Origin: Antedon mediterranea
Taxonomy: Eukaryota > Animalia > Echinodermata
Reading direction: 5' to 3'
NCBI RefSeq assembly: GCF_964355755.1
Contig: NC_092672.1
Location: 33,858,437-33,922,436, forward strand
DNA: 64,000 nucleotides
A program made the position numbers and the translations under genes. The notes under the pieces are model-generated. The model did no database searches and was not told where the DNA came from. It was given only the letters and a program-made list of their open reading frames with translations. This document shows positions 59,134-64,000 of the stretch, piece by piece. How positions within the stretch are numbered: position 1 is the stretch's first letter; the number at the start of each line of letters is the position of its first letter.

Positions 59134-62100
59134 ATGTTCGAAACCAAGATATTTAAACTTGCAGTCTCGTGTATTGTTCTACTGCCGTTAACTATTTGTT
59201 ACGGATTTGTGGAATGTGATATCAAGCCACCAGAAACGTCACCTTCTCACTTCTACGGACACGCTAACACAGCAATGTCCAACGAACTGGGCAAATACAA
59301 GGCAACGCAATACGAGTGTATGCAGCTTTGTCGAAAGGACGCACGTTGCCTAGCTTTTACGTACGCTGCTGATACACACGAGTGCGCGACGTTTGATCGG
59401 GATAGCGTCACTGGACCGCAATACATGGAGACGGCATCTGGTGTCTGGTTCTATGACATGCGACGAAAAAGAAAAGATTTTACTCGGGTAAGTTTAAAAT
59501 GAATTTTTTTTTTACTTTTCAACCCCGGTTCCCAGCAGTCCGAAAAAATTCACTAAAATGAATGGATGCCCAACCCCATGTTTTTGTGTGCTTTTTAAAT
59601 TTGTAAATCTTACGATTTCCTTGGGATGCTTATAAAGCATGTGAGGCGAAAATGTTAGAATTTGTTTATTGGTTATAGAATTACCTTGGGGCATGCCAAG
59701 CAAAGAACAGATGCGTCAACGGAGGCTCGTGTGTCAATGACTGTTCAGAACTGGAATACACCTGTGTATGTCCAACATATTTTTACGGGAAGTTTTGTGA
59801 AAACAGTAAGTACAGTCTGTAGTCTTCTCTTGCCTAAAACTCTGGCTACACTATCAAACTAGTTTGACAAAAAAAAGTGTGATGTGCTCAAATATGATAG
59901 TGATATACCCAAATATGGTAGTGATATGATATCATAATGGCCATATATGGCTTTATGATTTTAAATTTTATATAGCGCAAAATACAAATAGTCTCTATGC
60001 GCTGTTTAGCACAAGTGTGAAAATAAAAAAAAATGTTGATGTAAAATAAACCACGAAATAGCCTAAAAACCGAATAAATTGACCAAGACAACAGAAAAAG
60101 TTCGAAAACGGAATCTCACATCATCCACACTGGTAATGTGATATGGGCATATCACATTTTTTTTGCATAAAGTTTTATAGTGTAGACAGAGCTTAAAACC
60201 TGTTTTCTACTAGGCGAATTTAGTCACGTGTATTTAATCTTTTTCGCAGAGAAATATCGCGCTCCCCTTTTCTAGTAGACGCTTCTTTCCGCGTGAATAA
60301 ACAGAATACAGGCTTAAATATGGAACGCCTCCTCTGCCTTCAGTTCACATTTATCATGCAGTACACACCAATGGTCATGCAGTACACACCAATGGGCATG
60401 CAGTACACACCAATCGTCATGCAGTACACACCAATCGTCATGCAGTACACACCAATCGTCATGCAGTACACACCAATCGTCATGCAGTACACACCAAACA
60501 TCATGCAGTACACACCAAACGACATGCAGTACACACCAATCGTCATGCAGTACACACCAATCGTCATGCAGTACACACCAATCGTCATGCAGTCAAATAT
60601 TGCGTAATCTATACCGCCACCTATCGACAAAATCGAATATCAGGTGACGTTTATTAGACGGCTGTAAAACTAAGGCTATACAAATTTTATACTACAGCAA
60701 CTCACGCTGTCTACTACTACACCGCACATGCTTTACGTCCTATATATTCCAAGATTTCTTTAATAGTTTTTTCAAGCCATTTTAGTTATAAAGCACGTGC
60801 GATGTAGTAGTAGACAGCGAGTTGCTGTAGTATAATGTTTGAATAGCCTTAGTTTTACAGCCGTCTAATAAACGTCACGTGATATTCGATTTTGTCGATA
60901 GGTGGCGGTATAAATTATGCAATATTTGACTGCATGACGATTGGTGTGTACTGCATGACGATTGGTGTGTACTGCATGACGATTGGTGCGTACTACATGA
61001 CGATTGGTGTGTACTGCGTGATGTTTGGTGTGTACTGCATGATGTTTGGTGTGTACTGCATGATGTTTGGTGTGTACTGCGGTTCTAGGACACCTACCCC
61101 CTAGACAGTTACCCCCCGGATGTTTACCACCCGGACAACTACCCCCTTAGGACAACTACCCCCCGGACAACTACCCCCGGACAACTACCCCCCGGACAAC
61201 TACCCCCTTAGGACAACTACCCCCTTAGGATAACAACCCCCCGGACAACTACCCCCCGGACAACCACCCCCTTAGGACAACTACCCACTTAGGATAACTA
61301 CCCCCCCCCCCCCCCCCCCAATCCAAAAGTAGACAAATATATAGGACCGGTTTCTGTAAAAATGAAATCATCTGTTTTTAACGGGTGTTTCGAAACTAGA
61401 GACCCGAGACCAGAGACCTGACACGAGACCCAATACGAAAAGGGAGACCTATATTTGGGTCTCCCTTTTCGTATATTAGGGTCTCCCTTTTCGTATAGTG
61501 TGGTCTCTCTTTTCGTATAGTGGGGTCTCCCTTTTCTTATAGTGGGTCTCCCTTTTCGTATATTTAGGTCTCTCATTTCGTATATTTGGGTCTCCCTTTT
61601 CATATATTTGGTCTCCCTTTTCGTATATTTAGGTCTCCCTTTTCGTATATTAGGGTCTCTCTTTTCGTATAGTGGGGTCTCCCTTTTCGTATAGTGGGGT
61701 CTCCCTTTTCGTACGTGGGTCTCCCTTTTCGTATATTTAGGTCTCCCTTTTCGTATTGGGTCTCGGGTCTCTGGTCTCGGGTCTCTAGTTTCGAAACACC
61801 CGTTTTTAACCGATTATTCTGTTTAACAGCACGCTAGACCCTAGATGTGCTAGATTTAAAGTACCGTATTTATTGAAAAAACGGCCTGGGCTGTTTATTG
61901 TTCAGGTGGTTTTTAGGTGGACATTTATTGGAAGAAAGTTGTTTATTCAATGGGAGGGGGTATAATCTAATGGAAATAGACGCCGATTATTCCATATGAT
62001 GTGTCATGGGAGTGACATGGTCACCGTTTATTTGAGGGGAATTTATTTAAAGATCGCCGTTTATTCGGTGAGTGAACATTGAGGTCAAATATCAAAAGTG

Positions 62101-64000
62101 ATATTATTCTTCAAGTGTACAAAAATACAAATGACAAATTTGAGACAAAAATTAATTCTTTTAAGACCAGTGGTTATCGAAGCATTGTCCTGACGCAAAA
62201 ATTATTATTATTATTAGCGAACCCAGTCTTTACAGTAAATACAGGGAGTACTATTATAATACGTTCGACTATCCTATGATCATGTGTGACAATCTTCAGT
62301 TTATACCAGGCTATATTTATGTTCAATCTTTTACTTTTGTTTACAATAATGAATAGTTTTTCGTCAAAGTAACGAATTAAAATATAGTTATTAATTCCTA
62401 TTATACGCTGTTGTTGCAGAGTCAGGTTGTTGAATGGTCTGGGTGGTAGTTGTCCGTTCGGGGGGTAGTTGTTCTAAAGGGATAGTTTTCTGGGTGGTAG
62501 TTGTCCAGGGGTTAGTTGTCCTACGGAGGTAGTTGTCCTAAAAGATTATTTGCCCTCGGAGTATTGTCCAGGTCCAGGAGGTAGTTGTCCTACGGGGAGT
62601 ATTGTGTCAGAGGCAGTTGTCCGCAGGATAATTACCCGGGGGGGGGGGAATTCTCCGGGGGTAATTGTCAGGGGTTAATTGTTCCTAGGGGGTAATTGTC
62701 CGGGGGTAGTTGTCCAGGGGTTAGTTGTCCTACGGAGGTAGTTGTCCTAAAAGATTATTTGCCCTCGGAGTATTGTCCAGGAAGTAGTTGTCCTACGGGG
62801 AGTATTGTGTCAGAGGTAGTTGTCGGGGTAATTACCCGGGGGGGGGGTAATTGTCCGGGGGGGTAATTGTCCGGGGGGTAATTGTCCGGGGGGTAATTGT
62901 TCCTAGGGGGTAATTGTCCGGGGGGTAGTTGTCCAGGGGGTAGTTGTCCTAAGGGGGTAGTTGTCCTAAGGGGGTAGTTGTCCGGGGGGTATTTGTCCGG
63001 GGGGTAGTTGTCCTAAAGGGGTAGTTGTCCTAAGGTGGTAGTGGTCCAGGTGGTGGTTGTCCGGGGGGTAGTTTTCCGGGAGGTAAATGTCCAGGGGGTG
63101 AATATCCGGATACGCCTAACTGCATGATGTTTGGTGTGTACTGCATGACGATTGGTGTGTACTGCATGACCATTGGTGGTGTGTACTGCATGACGATTGG
63201 TGTGTACTGCATGACGATTGGTGTGTACTGCATGATAAATGTGAACTGAAGGCAGAGAAGGCGTTCCATACTTAATTGGTACACCATGGTACACACCATG
63301 ATGTTTGGTGTGTACTGCATGACGATTGGTGTGTACTGCATGACCATTGGTGTGTACTGCATGACCATTTGTGTGTACTGCATGACGATCGGTGTGTACT
63401 GCATGACGATTGGTGTGTACTGCATGATAAATGTGAACTGAAGGCAGAGAAGGCGTTCCATAGTTATGCACCAAACAGAAAATGGTGAATTTAGACTCTA
63501 GCTATCATCTTGTGTATTTAATTTACAGTTGATTATGCAGACTATTCTTATTTCGGCCATGTATAATTTGAGCAGTGTTAAACTGACACTTTAGCTTGAA
63601 TCTTTCAGAATTTATCCATGACTATGAGTTTAAATCAAACATTGTTGGTATATCATCAGCAAGCAATGCGGCGTTTACATACAAGAACAAACATTATCTC
63701 GTGATTGGAGGATAGTAAGTATTTTGAACTTTGAATACAGGGATAAATTGACAACCAAAACAAAGACGAAAGTCATGCTTTATTAAACTATAACTTGTAT
63801 ACTGTGTAACTTACCTATATTGTCCTTTTTTTATATTTCAGTGACAGTGCTTGTGGAACTCCAATATACAGATACAACAATACTAATAAACTGTATGAAC
63901 ATTACCAAGATTTGACTGGAACAAGTGATGTACAAAAAGTTGAGAATTTAAAAATAAATGAACAACTCTATATTTTGTTTGTTGCAAACAGCAGAATAGT
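59134..64000 (+). CDS. B4: 5' part of another subtype-B gene (signal peptide, PAN, EGF, first EAR repeats), continuing beyond the window
   Basis: Exons 59134-59487, 59679-59805, 63609-63714 and 63842->64000, with an open frame throughout. Confidence 0.83.
61081..63118. mobile_element. Second foldback-like element with (GGACAACTACCCCC)n arms nested in the first
   Basis: C-rich repeats at 61088-61320 are inverted as G-rich repeats at 62440-63100. It interrupts a 21-bp unit with apparent duplication of ACTGC. Confidence 0.75.
61383..61801. mobile_element. Mutator/MULE-like MITE nested in the second element
   Basis: TIR GGGTGTTTCGAAACTAGAGACCCGAGACCAGAGACC. Perfect 9-bp TSD GTTTTTAAC at 61374-61382 and 61802-61810. 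Internal ~22-bp repeats GGTCTCCCTTTTCGTATA. Confidence 0.85.

Larger units (their letters stand above)
60321..63460. mobile_element. Foldback-type TIR element with 21-bp subterminal tandem repeats in B4 intron 2, containing nested insertions
   Basis: TIR TGGAACGCCT(C/T)CTCTGCCTTCAGTTCACATTTATCATGCAG at 60321, inverted and ending at both 63268 and 63460, with TA outside each end. Arms are made of (CATGCAGTACACACCAATCGT)n, and the core ~60590-60935 is palindromic. Confidence 0.85.

Noticed and set aside
60293-63488. MQYTPIV / HAVHTNR / CMTIGVY repeat ORFs
   Set aside because: They are translations of the 21-bp subterminal repeats of a non-coding foldback element.

Overview
AT-rich eukaryotic genomic DNA with GT-AG introns, from an invertebrate animal (probably marine; taxon not determinable here). 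The window is a plus-strand tandem array of six paralogues of a secreted-protein gene family. The shared architecture is signal peptide, PAN/Apple domain, RRKR, EGF-like domain, then seven EAR/EPTP-like repeats (TSPEAR/LGI-type beta-propeller). Subtype A has an uninterrupted propeller. Subtype B carries a variable cassette of two-exon MAM domains inserted inside the propeller. The order is B1 (partial, pseudogene), A1 (premature stop), B2 (intact, 3 MAM, ~980 aa), A2 (pseudogene), B3 (intact, 2 MAM, ~847 aa), B4 (runs off the window). Exon models were built by hand from splice sites and frame continuity. The array also holds a full-length BEL/Pao LTR retrotransposon with internal duplications, several LINEs (one with an intact ORF), Harbinger-like MITEs, Helentron-like elements, a triple-nested foldback insertion, and 36-bp and 18-bp minisatellites. 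Domain and TE family names come from motif recognition, not database searches.
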